This document shows positions 49,979 through 63,560 of a stretch of DNA of 64,000 bases, piece by piece; within the stretch, counting starts at the first letter, position 1, and every line of letters begins with the position of its first letter. Origin of the DNA: Mytilus californianus (taxonomy: Eukaryota); the NCBI RefSeq assembly GCF_021869535.1, contig NW_026262701.1, positions 67,580,001 through 67,644,000 on the forward strand, in the 5' to 3' direction. The notes beneath the pieces are model-generated. The model was not told the DNA's origin, searched no databases, and worked only from the letters and a program-made list of their open reading frames with translations. The position numbers and the translations under genes are program-made.

Positions 49979-51246
49979 AGTCTTTAGTTTTCTATGTTGT
50001 GTTTTGTGTACTATTGTTTGTCTGTTTGTCTTTTTCTTTTTTAGCCATGGTGTTGTCAGTTTATTTTCGACTTATGAGTTTGAATGTCCCTCTGGTATCT
50101 TTCGTCTCTCTTTCATGTGACCATCAACTTATCATGCTTTTTACATGTTTTATACATTGTTAAGTTTATGTGACCATCAACTTATTCTACATGATTAGTT
50201 AATCCAAAAAGCACCTGCACACAACATAAGGTGACAAGGTATATATTATAGTCCCTTTGAACTTTGTTTATCTACTAAAAATGTTGAAATAATTTAATCA
50301 AAACAGCACACACTGTTATCATGGACATGACTGAAATAATACTGTAAATTCAGAAATTATTGTGAGGTTTTTATTAATGCGATTAATGCAACTTGGTGAT
50401 TTTTGCAATAATAATTACTCGCATTCTGATAACTGATACATATTTCTGTATGCAGATTTTCCTGCAATTGCAATAATTAATCTCACAATTTCGTCCATTC
50501 TTCAAAAATCGCAATAATAGATGCATGCAATAATTTCTAAATTTTCGGGTAAGTCGCCTATAATGGGTGTATAGAATGATTGCAAGATGTACATGTCTGT
50601 CTGACAGGGTTGATCTGACCTTGACCTTATTTCATGGATCATTTAATAACATGTAAAAATTATGTAATTATACTTGTTGTAAACTTTAATGTAGGTCAAT
50701 GAACAATGAAAATGAAATCAAGGTCAGATGAATCCTGTCACATACAATGCACCTACATGTAACAATCATTCTACAATGTATACAATGAATATACATGATA
50801 TAGAACTAGCTGAAATATAACTTTACCACAGAAACTTAATGGTGATCAACGAACCATAAAATGAGGACAAGGTCTGGTTAACCCAATCTGATGGACAAGT
50901 ATACCTTGCAATGTCTGTCAATTTTGTGACTTTCATCGCAGGCGAGACAGAAACAAATAAGGCAATTTAAAAGATAATAGTTTTAAATTAGTAAAGCTGT
51001 AAAAAAACTATCAGCGTACAATTAAACATTAATCTTTCCTAAAGAATGGAGTGGAGAAAAAATTTCCTAAAAGCTGAAGAAAATTTAAATTAAGAAATTC
51101 CTGAGTCTTGATTTTACTTATACATGTTATGCATGTACAGTAGGTTGCATGTACATGTAAATTCTGTTTTTCTGAACTGAAAAACAACTGACCCTGGTAT
51201 CCCCAAGTCCCTTCCAAATAAAAGACTACATCACTTGCAAAATATA

Positions 51247-54200
51247 TCATATATTCTCCTTTATTTCTGTAACTTTTATCATTGGTGAATCACCTACTGC
51301 ATTTTCCACCCTCTGCAAAACAACGTTTCCATAGTCAATTTGAGGAATTATAATTGTTCTCCCTCCTCCTGAGTCCATTAAAGCTATATTGGAAATTTCT
51401 GTGAGTTGATAATTCAAGGCATTTCCTTCCGTGTCTGTTGTAATTACTAACTGACCACCAGACACAGACTCCTGTAAACAAGTGCTTTCTTCTGTCGATT
51501 CTACTATAACATTGACTGTAGATGTGTCTTTTTCCTGTAATTCATTTGTATTTTTTCCTTCATCAATACTCTGTATCTTATTTATAGTTGATGGTTCTGA
51601 CTCAGTTTTATCATCCATCTTAATAGGTTGATTTTTTATACCATGCACTTGAGTTTCATGCCTTTTGACGTGATGTTTGTGTCGAAAGACATAACCACAA
51701 TGTGAACATTTAAATTTTCCTTCCGTGTCATGATTTCTTTGATGTGCCCTGCACATTACTTCTGTTAAAAACCGCCAAGTGCATCCTGGGTAATTGCACT
51801 GATATGGACGAGTAGGATCATGAACACGTTTGTGTTTGGTTAAAGTTGATTTATCAGAGTATGCATTACCACAGATATCGCATAAAACACACCCGTTGTT
51901 ATGCTGTTGCCTATGTATATGTATTAAGGCAGTATTTGATGATGAAAAATCACATTGTTCACATTGGTAAGACTTCTTGGAGTGTGAGCGATGATGTATA
52001 GTAAGGTAGGTTTGAGTCTTAAACGATTTTCCACAAAAATCACAGAGAAAAGGTTTTTCAGGCTTATGGAGTGCAATATGTTTTTTCAAGTAACGTAATC
52101 TAGTGAATATTTTTCCACATTTTGCACAGGGAAATTCTCCTGCCTGGTCTTGTATTTCAGTATTTCTGTTCTTCCTGCTAGATCCAGTGTTATATTTTAA
52201 GCAAATCCTTTTATATTCAGAAAACTTCATCAGCTTTATATTGTCACTAGTATTTTGCAGTTTGAGTTCTTCCTTGGTATTCATATGATCTAAATGCTGA
52301 TCAGACATGTGTTGATACAAGTTTGCCAATACCATATCTTGGTAATTACAATATATACAGCACAAATTTTGTCTTTCATAAATAATAGTTTTTCCAGCAT
52401 TTAAATTTGTCTTCACACAAAAAAAGAAATCATTTCCATCTGTTTTATCATCATTTCTATATTTTAAATTTCTTTCTGGCGATTCATCATCAATAAAAAG
52501 ATCATTACTGGGTTCATCCAAGCTAATTATTTCAATATTGCAGGTGACAACATTGCTTTCTCCATGTGATGAATTTGGTTGGACAACTTCCTGACTATCT
52601 TTGATAGCAACTGGTCTTGTATAACATAATGACAGTTCATTATTAGATTTTAGCTCTAAATGTTCAATCTCTGTTGTCCCACCACTGTGATCCATCTGCA
52701 ATGAATCTTCAATGGGCGGGTTAACAGTTGCTGAGGCAGGAATTTCTTCACAATAATTTATAATATCACAATCAGCTGTATCATTTTGAGTCGCATCTGT
52801 TGGACTGCCTTTTTCATAATCAGGATCACATTTACTGTTGTCAGAACCTTCGCTGGTTAATAAACTGACAACATCAAGGTTTTCCATATTTACAATTTGA
52901 AGATCATAATCATTTCCTTTTTCCTCTATAATATTTGTTATGTCTTGAATATCTTCTTTCTCATGAAAATTATTTCTTCTTTGTTTCCTATGAACCAATG
53001 ACACTTTATGTTTCACTCTATAATGCTGAGAGAGGGAGGAGTCTTTAGTATATGAAATCTTACATAGCTGACAAACATAACAGTTTCCTGGTCCACGGTC
53101 TGAAATAAAAGAAAAAAGGCCCTTTAGTCGTATATGAAGCTTTACAGATCTTTAAAATGTATTTAACCATAATTAGAATATATAATTTTGCTTTATTGGC
53201 ATGAACATGGTACTGATAATGGGTAGAAAAGAATAAATTTAAGCACTAATACTCCCTCCTGACAGGCTTGCACTTTCATGGTACCACAATCTGTCCATAC
53301 CTATATTTTGGCATTGCACAAGGTCATGTTTTTCTCTATCTGTTAATGACGTCTTAACACTAAATCCATTGGATGTTGGATGTGTACTGATTTATATTTT
53401 AGTCTTAGACACATGATTTTTTTTATTACATTTGTAGTTGTTATTGGCTTTGAACTAGCTGTCAGTAACTGTGAGTAATCTCAGATCTGTACTTTGTGTC
53501 TTTCATGCTGTTAGGGATGTATAAATCACCTGCCACATCCAGTTTTCGTTTTTGTTAGATATTTTATGCTTTATATCGTTCTGATGAGTTAAGCCCTTTT
53601 CAACTGAGATTTATAGCTTGTTCTAATGTTGTGCAGTAACACAACTGTCTCATGTTAGGGGAGGGTTTATGTGCCTGTCCCAAGTCAGGAACCTGTAGTT
53701 CAGTGGTTGTCGTTGGTTCATGTCTGTCATATTTTTTACCCGTAAATTGTTTTGTTATGAATTAAGCTGTTAGTTTTCTCAATTGAATTGTTTCATATTT
53801 TTCATGTTGGGCCCTCCATAGCCAACTATTCAGTATGGATTTTTCTCATTGTTGAAGGACAAATGGTTGCCTATAATTGATTACATCCACTTTATTTGTA
53901 CTTTGGTAAGTAACTTTGATTAATTGGCAATCATACCACATCTCCTTATCTTTACCGTATATTGTATGCAAACTTTGGCAAAACCACAAAATCAAGTATC
54001 AACGAAATTACAATTTTTTCCTCTATCCATTAAAATTGGTACCCACAAAAATAATTGATTCCACAGTAATGCACACCAGAATAATTTTTGAAACAAACAA
54101 CATATCGTTTAATAGTAAAACAAAGGATATGGGGTATCCATCCATGACACAAAATCAATTCATGCACAGCAAAAAACACACAAAAAGCAAAGGAACAGCG

Positions 54201-54563
54201 CTATTATTGCTGTTCTTCATCTCAAAGTCAGTCTCAAACATAGCATGTGTACATATATGAGGTGTCAAGATAAAGCTTATTGAAAACTTAATAAAAAACA
54301 AAGTGGTATCTCTAACAACCTTGCAACTTCTGAATGCAGAAACTTTTCTAAATCAAAAATATATTTAAAGAATGATCTGTTAAGTAATGGTACAAATCAT
54401 TTAATTAAAAGCTCATAATGAAATTTTACAATATTGATACTTAAGTACTTACGTTGTATCTTGTGCCTCAAAAAATCTATAAGGTTTTCTTCATTATGCT
54501 CACAAATACCACAAGTGAAAAGATCTGTATTTTGTACTACAACATCAACTTGACCATGCTCAC
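51247..54563 (-). CDS. C2H2 zinc-finger protein (at least 650 aa, about 9 fingers; 5' end not found)
   Basis: Terminal exon 53099-51247 (tttcag| acceptor; extends the 589-aa ORF upstream by RGPGNCYVCQLCKISYTKDSSLSQHYR). Upstream exon 54563-54453 (EHGQVDVVVQNTDLFTCGICEHNEENLIDFLRHKIQ-H; ttaacag| and |gtaagt; phases join as C|AC = His). Six tandem fingers from FPCAKCGKIF to FKCSHCGYVFRHKHHVKRHETQVH, with KPF/RPY linkers. Confidence 0.92.
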
Positions 54564-56351
54564 CTGTTAAAATTTATGTAATATTTTTAATTAATAAACA
54601 TATGGTTATCTACAGATTAACAGACAAAGTAATTTGTCGGATTTACAATTTGCAGTATCAACAACAAGAAGTTTCGTATATAAATTTTTGTAAAAAAATT
54701 TGAAAATATTTGTGGAGGGCAATAGTTTAAAACTGAAATTGTTTTAATGAACTAAAATTGCAAATGCAATAAAAATAGACCATTCAACATGCATCTTTAC
54801 ATTCTGAATGTAATCTGGATGTATTAATTTTATTGTAAACTATGAAATTTCTTCAGATTGTCAAGTTGCAGTTAATATTCATGTATTGACTTTTACACTT
54901 GCAAAGTGATGCAGTTTGATTGATAATTGATGTACATGTACTTGTGTTATTTGGCATGAAATTATGTTCTGTTTTACGATTTACAGTCTAATCTTGAACT
55001 CTTTTAAAAAGGGGGATGCAGATTGTGTAAGTTAATATTAAAGTATATGTTTGAAGTGCTAAAACTTTTTCTTTGTTGTTGAATTTATAAATTTTATTTT
55101 TTAATCTTAATTTTCAGTAGCATTTTCTGAAAAGTAATCAAGTGATCACTGATGCAATTAATCTTGATAATTTTTTTCTCCTGCCAGGTGTGTCGATCTA
55201 CCTGTACAAGTGATTAGTGATCATTAGCCTGATATCCCTCAGGGCTTTAAAACAATAATCAGGAGGTATGTGTTGATGGTCTCTATTTCATCGAATTAAT
55301 ATAAAATTAATGTAAAATAAGGGTTTCTATAATTTCATAAAAGGAATAATCATCTATTCATATGAAATATATACCAGTGTCATTCGTAATTCTCATGAAT
55401 AATATAAAATATATGATCAAAATATTTAATGATATATGAAATGAAATATTTTAAGATGATTCCTTCAAATACATTGACAGACTGTATTTAATGCAGCTGA
55501 ACAATAGCGTGTAGTGCATATCCAGTATACTTTATCATCTAGTCTGGATTGGTACCCATTTTAGATTACCAATCTGGTTGCCAAATCTTTTAGTAACCCA
55601 CTGAATATCTAAGTGTGAATTTGCCATACTGACTTAAGAATGATGGATTTCCATATTTAAAATAAGTGACACAAAATGTATAATTACTTTATTCTAATTT
55701 AATTATGAGTTAGAATCATTAAATTATTTATTTTAAACATATTACAAGCAAGAAATATATGTTACGTTAAAAAGATATAAAAAGAAAAGCAAGACTAATT
55801 TCAGCTAATAATGAAAAGTTACCACTTATTTGTCTTTTCTTTTCTCTTATTCTGATATCCTTTTTAAAATTATTTATCATTTGATTGAACTGGAAATATG
55901 TCATTTTATTGTTGACACCTTTTTAATCACCTTAATCATGTTTATTTAGACTAATAACTGGCATTTGTACTGTTGACACCTTTTTAATAACCCAAGTGAT
56001 AACATAACTACCTGTAATTACATGAAATTGTAATTAACCAAATATATGATATATATGTATCTGATCATGTTTTTAGTGATTGTGTCTAAGTATGATTTAT
56101 TTGTAATATTAATTAATACAAAACATAAAGTTTACAAATTTTAATCCAGCAGATGTCAAATACCATATTAATGCTTTCACCATTCAATAATATTTATTTA
56201 TTTGATGAGAATGATATTGTATAACTTTTTTCGTGTTCTTTCATAGAACTATTTGGTAAGATCAAAGAAACCTCAGTTTTTTTTCAAATTTTACTCCAAA
56301 TCTATTTTTAGAAATAAGTACAATAAATGTTTGCCTCAAATTGCCTCTACA

Positions 56352-57408
56352 AACTAGAGGCTCTCAAGAGCCTGTGTTGCTCACCTGTATTTACTGATGC
56401 TTTGGAAATCATGTAAAATAAGGTTAAAATCATAATTAATAGTATTAGATATTAGATATTATAATGATATCTAAGATAATAACAAAAAACTGCAAAATTT
56501 TTGTAAAATTACTAACTCAGGGGCAGCAACCCAACAACAGATTGTCGGATTCGTCTGAAAATTTCAGGGCAGATAAATCTAAATCTGATGAACATTTTTG
56601 CCACCTGTCAGATTTGCTCTAAATGCTTTAGTTTCGGAGATATAAACCAAAAACTGCATTTTACCCCTATGTTCTATTTTTAACCAAGTTGGCCATGATG
56701 GTTGGAAGGCTGGGTCATCGGACAAATTTTTTGAACTAAATACCCTAATAATGATTATGGCCAAGTATGGTTAAATTTGTCTCAGTAGTTTCAGAGAAGA
56801 AGATTTTTGTAAAAGATTACAAAAATTTACAAAAAATTGTTAAAAATTGACTATTAAGGGCAATAACTCCTAAAGGGGTCGACTGACAATTTTGGTCATG
56901 ACAACTTATTTGTAGATTTATTTGTAGATCTTACTTTGCTGAACATTATTGCTGTTTACAGTTTATCTCTATCTATAATAATATTCAAGATAATAACCAA
57001 AAACTGCAAAATTTCCTTAAAATTACCAATTCAGGGGCAGCAACCTAACAACAGGTTGTCAGATTTGTCTGTAAATATCAGGGCAGATAGATCTTGACCT
57101 GATAATCAATTTTTCCCTATGTCAGATTTACTCTAAATGCTTTGGTTTCAGAGATATAAGCCAAAATCTACATTTTACCCCTATGTTCTATTTTTAGCCA
57201 TTTGCGCTATCTTGGTTGGTTGGCAGGGTCATCGGACACATTTTTTTAAAGTAGATACCCTAATTATGATTGTGGTCAAGTTTGGTTAAATTTGGCCCAG
57301 TGGTTTCAGAGGAGAAGATTTTTGTAAAAAGCTAACGATTACGACGACTAAGGACGCCAAGTGATGAGAAAAGCTCATTTGGCCCTTTGGGCCAGGTGAG
57401 CTAAAAAA
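56352..57408. mobile_element. HINE-like element (same family as 48423-49709)
   Basis: aactagaggctctcaagagcc..gctcacctg and gccaggtgagctaaaaaa termini. Confidence 0.85.
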
Positions 57409-57799
57409 TTGTACCTGTTTGATGTGACAATTAAGTTGTAATTACTCTTTAAATCAATGAATCCTTTAATAATGCATTCAGTGTCAATCAAATTTCTCTT
57501 TGGTTGTATACCAATTGTGAACACTAAAGATTTAACACATTACAAACATACACACACTCTGATCATTAAAACACAATTTATCAATAAAACAACATACTGT
57601 CAACATTTAGAAGTATTAAATTCAAACTTATATTTCAATTAAACTGTATTTAATATAAAGTCATATTTTATCTTATGGATCTAAGTTTACTTTAAAACAT
57701 TGCAATGTATCTCCAAAATTTGTATATAAAGTTATTATAAATCAAGTAAAATTGAAAAAAAACTAAAAAAAAAAGCAGTAAATAACACAATCTACAAAT

Positions 57800-59050
57800 C
57801 AAAGGCTGAGTTTGTTTACTTCATTTCTTTATATAACAAATGGTAGGCAAAGTTTGTGATAGTCTGAGTTTGTGACAGTACAAGTTTGTTTTAGACCGAA
57901 TCATCCAGCAGCGCCTGAACAAGTACCACAGGAAGCTGATCCCACTGTAATATTGTGTATAGAAAGTATGAGTCCTTGGATGTCTTTATGTGCCTGTAAG
58001 TGTATAGTTTTTTCCAGGTTACTGAGTCTCCTTGTGTAAGTGTGTCAGATGGAAATATGCAACAAGATGGTACATGTATGATATCTTATACATCATTACC
58101 ACAGTTCTGCCAACTATTCATGAAGCAAAAAGTAAATTACAAAAATACCAAACTACGAAGAAAATTCTAAACGGAAATTCCCCCTTGTCATGTAAGTAAA
58201 TAGCAAATTCATAAGCTCAAACACATCAAAAGAATGGATAACAACTGTCATATTCCTGACTTGGTACAGACATTTTCTTATGTAGAAAATGGTGGATTAA
58301 ATCTGGTTTTATAGCTACATTGTACATGTAGCTAAACCTCTCACTTGTATGACAGTCGCATAAAATTCCATTGTATTGACGATGTGTGACCAAAAAAACC
58401 GACATAAAAGGTAAAAATGTCAAAAAATAGGGGTACAGCAGTCAACATTGTGTTATAATCTTAATCACTACAAAAAACAAGCAAATATGTCAACAAAGAC
58501 AAACAAAAAGGCACATAGGCAAAGCACATAAGCAAAAACGAAAGACAAGAATACTGTATACAAAAATGTACCATATGATGATACCATCAAATGCGTGAGA
58601 TTTGGCTAAAATTATAAAGAGAAATAACAATAGATCAAAGGAAAATGCACCCAAATAAGCATGAAAATGAGACTTGGCAGCCCTGTTACCAAACTTGTGC
58701 TCAGCCTATGTTCTGCTAGTGCTAGTGGTGGAAATCTTAATGTGGTAAGCATGTTTGTAACACTACTTGTACTGTGATATCTATTGCAAATATACTGAGC
58801 AGCTCGTCGTTCAACCATCTCAATTTTGGATACCGATTCGGATAAATGAGGGTCCCAAGCTGAACGAAATTTTTATGCAAGTTTGGGTTAGACAGTGGAT
58901 CAGAGTGCTTGGTATGCCCGGTTTTTATATGTGGATACCAATTGTCAGGCGATGTTAGCCTATATTCTCTGTAATTAAATCCTTTTTCATTGCATTGTAC
59001 TATGATATAACTGACCATTGACATTTTCTGAGTTAATGCAAATAATTCCG
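57800..59050 (-). mobile_element. 3' fragment of a CR1/L2-type LINE, split by an interspersed repeat (~58118-58575)
   Basis: VERRAAQYICNRYHSTSSVTNML (58612-58818) and HIKTSKDSYFLYTILQWDQLP (~57920-57995) correspond to the ORF2 C-terminal QRRAAR..RYH..SSVT.ML and FFPRTI..WN.LP motifs. Confidence 0.7.
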
Positions 59051-60228
59051 GCAGTGGAGTTCATACCGGAAATGTATTGAGTACACTAAACGGTATGTCA
59101 GTGATGGTCGCTTTTCCGCTCTAGCTCCATGTCAACTCGTACCCTTTTTTTACTATTTAACGATCGGAATGACCTCCGGGGTTATGGCCCGATATTATCA
59201 TATCTACACATGCATATAAGCACACAGACAAACACGTGACATAGTTTAAAGACGATCTTTTATAGGTCTGTATCTTTTAAAACATATTTTATTCGGATTC
59301 ACTTAAAGGGGCGAACCGATCCAGGGCAAAAATGTAATTGGGACGAAATAAGCCTCGACCTTTCCCACTTATCAACATGTAAACAACTTTTATTACACTT
59401 ATTACTGGGTGAAAAAGAAGAAGAAGGGTTTTATACTTCTCTCACTTGAATCATTAAAAAACCAGTACCACACACAGCACTATAGACCTACAGAACTATA
59501 CGCAAATGTAACCGAAGAAGAAGATTAGCTACAACGATTCTCAAGTTCAAGTTAATTGACAACGAAAAAAATGAATTTTGATAAAGGCTTATTATTATTC
59601 AATAATTTGAAGCAAATAAAGTAATGGATGTCGTGAAAAATCACAGAAAGCAGCTTGCAGAATATCTTACCAACAAACAAAAGCAGACCACAGTTAGGTA
59701 TAAATAAAGGCAACAGTACAGTCAGTAGCATACCGCTGTTCAATAGTCATAATTCAATTAAGATTACCTATATCTATACTTTGCAACAAGAGTGGGAAAT
59801 TGTTTCAAAATTTATCGAGCGCTACGGTACAACGATTTCCTCAGAACTCCCAAAAACCTGAAAACTTTCCTGGTGTTTATGGAGTATATAATTATATATA
59901 ATGATGGTTTTCATAATGCACAATCAGAGACATATATGTGTATATATGTCTCTGGCACAATAAAGTCTTTAATTTTGAAATCTATGTCACTTTTACCCAA
60001 TAAAAGTACAATTTAACTTCATGAAATCGATTTGTGTGTCTTTTATGCAAGTTCCCTTCTGGACTCCGGAAGACTTTAATTATTCAAACTTGATAGCTGA
60101 CAGTGTAAGGTATGCCTGTGCCTTGTGAAGGGTACATTTGTAGTTTAAAATTTTCCTAATTAAAGTAAATAGCTTTATTTTTTCTAAAATTTTTAACATA
60201 TAGATAATAATAATCTACTTTTTGAATA

Positions 60229-60245
60229 ATTACGTCCGCCATATT
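60229..60245 (-). promoter_or_regulatory. YY1-like / start-context motif CAATATGGCGGAC, candidate 5' end of the zinc-finger gene
   Basis: gtccgccatattg on the + strand; a possible donor gac|gtaatt follows. No confirmed link to the downstream exons. Confidence 0.25.
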
Positions 60246-61179
60246 GTTATACATGGAACTTGCATACAAGACACACAAATCAAATTCCTGAAGTTAAATT
60301 GTACTTTTATTTTGTAAAAATGACAAATATCTCAAATTTATAGTCATATTTATCGATAAATGCAGTATTATTAAAATAAGAAAATGTGTGATCATCATCA
60401 TGATCATGTGGTACATGTATGATTGTCAATGAGACAACTCTCTACCAGAGACCAAATGACAAAGAAGTTAAAAACTATAGGTCACCATACAGCCTTCAAC
60501 AATGAGCAAAACCCATACCGCATACAATGTAGTAAGCTATTACACCATATAAAATCGAGTTTTCATTTAATATCTATCGGTTCTCAGGTTCATATTGAGC
60601 TCGTTTTAGAATGATATAAATGGCTGTGGTCATTGTACACCTTCTCAAAAAAGTTACTTGTCGTACTATAGCTAGGCATAGATGAACGCATTGGTACATG
60701 TATCGATTAGTTTTGAAAATGTTAACTAGGCATCATGAACTCAATAAGAAAAACAAAGGCTAATTAATCTTTATTTTTGTGTAATTTCATTGAATTTGTT
60801 TATCTATTATCACTTGAATACATACATTGTACAATCATTGACAACGCACATGTATGTAGTAGGCATAGAAATGAAAACAAACGTCCACAATTTGATCAAC
60901 AAATAACATTAACAAAAAATTCTCTAAAATTATTACAAAGTGATTACTTATCTTGAAAAAAGAAAACAACATATCAAAATTGGAATTTCTTACAGTAAAG
61001 GAGATCAGATTTTTAAAGAAAGTATACCACAAGGGTCGATACCATACCTGCCAACTTTTCAAAATCTATATGGGTGATTTTAAGTGCAAGAGGAGCATTA
61101 ATATTGTCATAAAAGTGTGTAATCTACTACCATGACTTCTACATTGTTTGAATGAGTATGTATGTTCTTAAATACCCTT

Positions 61180-62030
61180 TTTACTCATTTCAATGCCTGT
61201 ATAGATTTCTTCAGTTTATACAATAAAGAATTCCAAAATTCAGGTCGCCACCTCTCATGGGGGAAATCCCCCATGAATTGTGAAAGTTGGCAGGTCTGCA
61301 ATATTTGTTCAAGTGCTTTTAATGTCTTCATAAATGACATATTTATTTTTGTACAAAAATGCTCAATTTATAAAATTTATGCTGTTGATAACACTGTAGT
61401 GATAACATGAAGTGATTATGACATACATGTAGATAAGGTTGTTGGTACTTTAGAAACTGGTAGTTTAAATCTAATAAACTGTAACTAAGTGTTGTTTTTT
61501 TTCTCGAAAATTCAAAGAAGTATAGTCCTGACAAATTGCAGGCTATTAGTAACAATTGGAAAAAAAAACCAAATAAACATATTTGACATTTAACCAAAAA
61601 GATCTGTTATGAATGGAAAAAATTCAAGATAGAGCTCTTAGATTCATCTATGATTTATGAAAAACTGCTAGAAAAATCAAAATTATCTTCTTTAAAGATA
61701 AGAGGAATAAAAACTTTTGCCACAGAAACATTTAAAATAGTTCTTAAAAAAATCCAAGTTATCTACAGGATTTAATTGATATTAAAATTCAGAACTATAA
61801 TTTTAGATCACAGGAAACAGCAGTTCTCCCAAGAGTCAGAACTACCAGGTATAGTTTGAAATCTGCTAATTTAAATGCTGCACAAATCTTGAATGAGCTG
61901 CCTAACCATTGTCACATGGAAACATCTTTTGACCAACTTAAAAAAAATACTGGTACAAACATGGGATCCAAACAGTTCATGCCGGTGCAATGATCATGTA
62001 GTGCTTTAATGCTTGTGTTTTTTATTTTGT
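61180..62030 (+). mobile_element. Degraded CR1-type LINE RT fragment
   Basis: FNVFINDIF.FVQKCSIY..YA.DNT, then MEKIQDRALRFIYD, YEKLLEKSKLSSLKIR.IKTFA.ETFKI and NELPNH, across frameshifts. Confidence 0.75.
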
Positions 62031-63262
62031 TTGACTGTTTGTTTTGTACAGTTTTTTTTTGCCCAGCTTAATATTCTAATTTATGCTATGTTTTATATGT
62101 TTTAAAATACACTTTAATTTGCATGGAGTTTTCCTAAAATACAACTGAAACGTTAACTAAGCCTATAACTTTCATTTGACATCTCTATCATGTTTATGAT
62201 CTTACTATGCATTAAATGTTTTACATACATACATTCAAATATTGAAAACAATATATGTATACACACATTCAAAAGTCATGAAAACAACACAAAGGAGTTG
62301 GTTCACTAACTCATAATTTATGCTCTCAAAAACAGAAATTTTTTCACTGTGATTATGTGAGGAAAAATTGATGAAAACATATCTTAAAATGTCTAATTGT
62401 TTCAGGTAAAATATATTCTCACTAACTGCGTCATTATAGAGACGTATTTATGACGTCACCCTTTGTCCACAAATTTTTTTGCTGAAATATTCTTTGTATA
62501 CCACATTCTTTGCTTGTCAACATGAAGATGATAATGGTTTAGGTTGGCATAGGTACTGCTTTGCAGTGGTACGAGTTGACTCTTGAGTGATTACATGGCA
62601 AAAGACTAGTTGACAATAGTACAAGTTAACTTACTTCCAGTGTTTGACACCTCCTGGGATGTGATAAACTGTTACAATAAGTTGATTCAAAGAATCAATA
62701 AGTTTACATAGCCCATAATTATTAACAACATCACTGTAAAGATTAGGATATGATTTTCCTGATTGCAATAAGTTGCTACAGGTACAGCCAAACTTCAAAA
62801 CTAAATCTTTGTTGTTTAAATCTTAATATGTTTTATAGAGTACCAACCAGCAGAAAGACTGCAGTGAAAACCAATACAGGAAGACTTAAAACAGCAACTA
62901 TATATGAGTAAGTTAATTTTGAATTAAATAGTACATTTGCTTTTTTAATGCATTAAATTGAATCTAGTCTTTTTGCAAAGAAAATTAAACCCTTCATGGG
63001 AATCAGTTGGTGTTGGTCATTTAAATTCTTAGAAGGTGAACTGTCTGATTGACAATAGCTCTTGTATTCTGTTGTCTTCATTCTTCAATATGAACTTTAA
63101 ATTTCTCTTTGAAAAAGCAATCATTCATTCATTAATTTTGCTGAACACAAAAAAATAAACTCCTAGGAGAAATTAAGTTCCCATTGAATAACTCAACAAA
63201 TTAAGTCAATAGCTATTGTATTTGTTCAATGGAACAGTTCACCTTACATAGATTAAAATACC

Positions 63263-63560
63263 TTAAAGGGAAACTTCGCAAAAAAATGAAAAATTCATAT
63301 TCTGTTCATTATGTATAAAAAAGCACATATTCATAGACAATAAAGTTTTATTCTGCAAGTTAAGAGATGACCATCGATTTTAAATTTAGAGTATCAATTC
63401 TCCGCATGCGGCCATTTTGACATCCTCCCCGAATATTGACCACGATATATCTATAAACCACAAAGGACCAAAACAAGCAGTAACCTAACGTAGCCGTAAT
63501 TGAGTGTCGATATCTTGTCAAGCGTAAGGTTGTTTTATCCGACAAGGAAAGCATAAACAG
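63263..63560. mobile_element. Probable non-autonomous DNA transposon end (TTAA|AGGG.., Kolobok-like)
   Basis: ttaa|agggaaacttcgcaaaaaaatgaaaa, with internal gcggccattttg; the matching right end was not established. Confidence 0.35.

Noticed and set aside
49717-50163. 148-aa ORF as a gene
   Set aside because: Chimera of interspersed-repeat pieces and a Penelope-like RT fragment.
57880-57995. ZNF341-like N-terminal exon (WDQLPVVLVQALLDDS) for the zinc-finger gene
   Set aside because: No suitable ATG or phase-1 donor; better explained as the LINE ORF2 C-terminus continuing from 58600-59050.
59552-59743. Hydrophobic ORF with a phase-1 donor (gttg|gtaag at ~59671) as the first coding exon of the zinc-finger gene
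   Set aside because: Its ATG lies inside a dispersed repeat (ggcaacagta..taccgctgttc), and a signal-peptide-like start is implausible for a nuclear C2H2 protein; at most a UTR exon.
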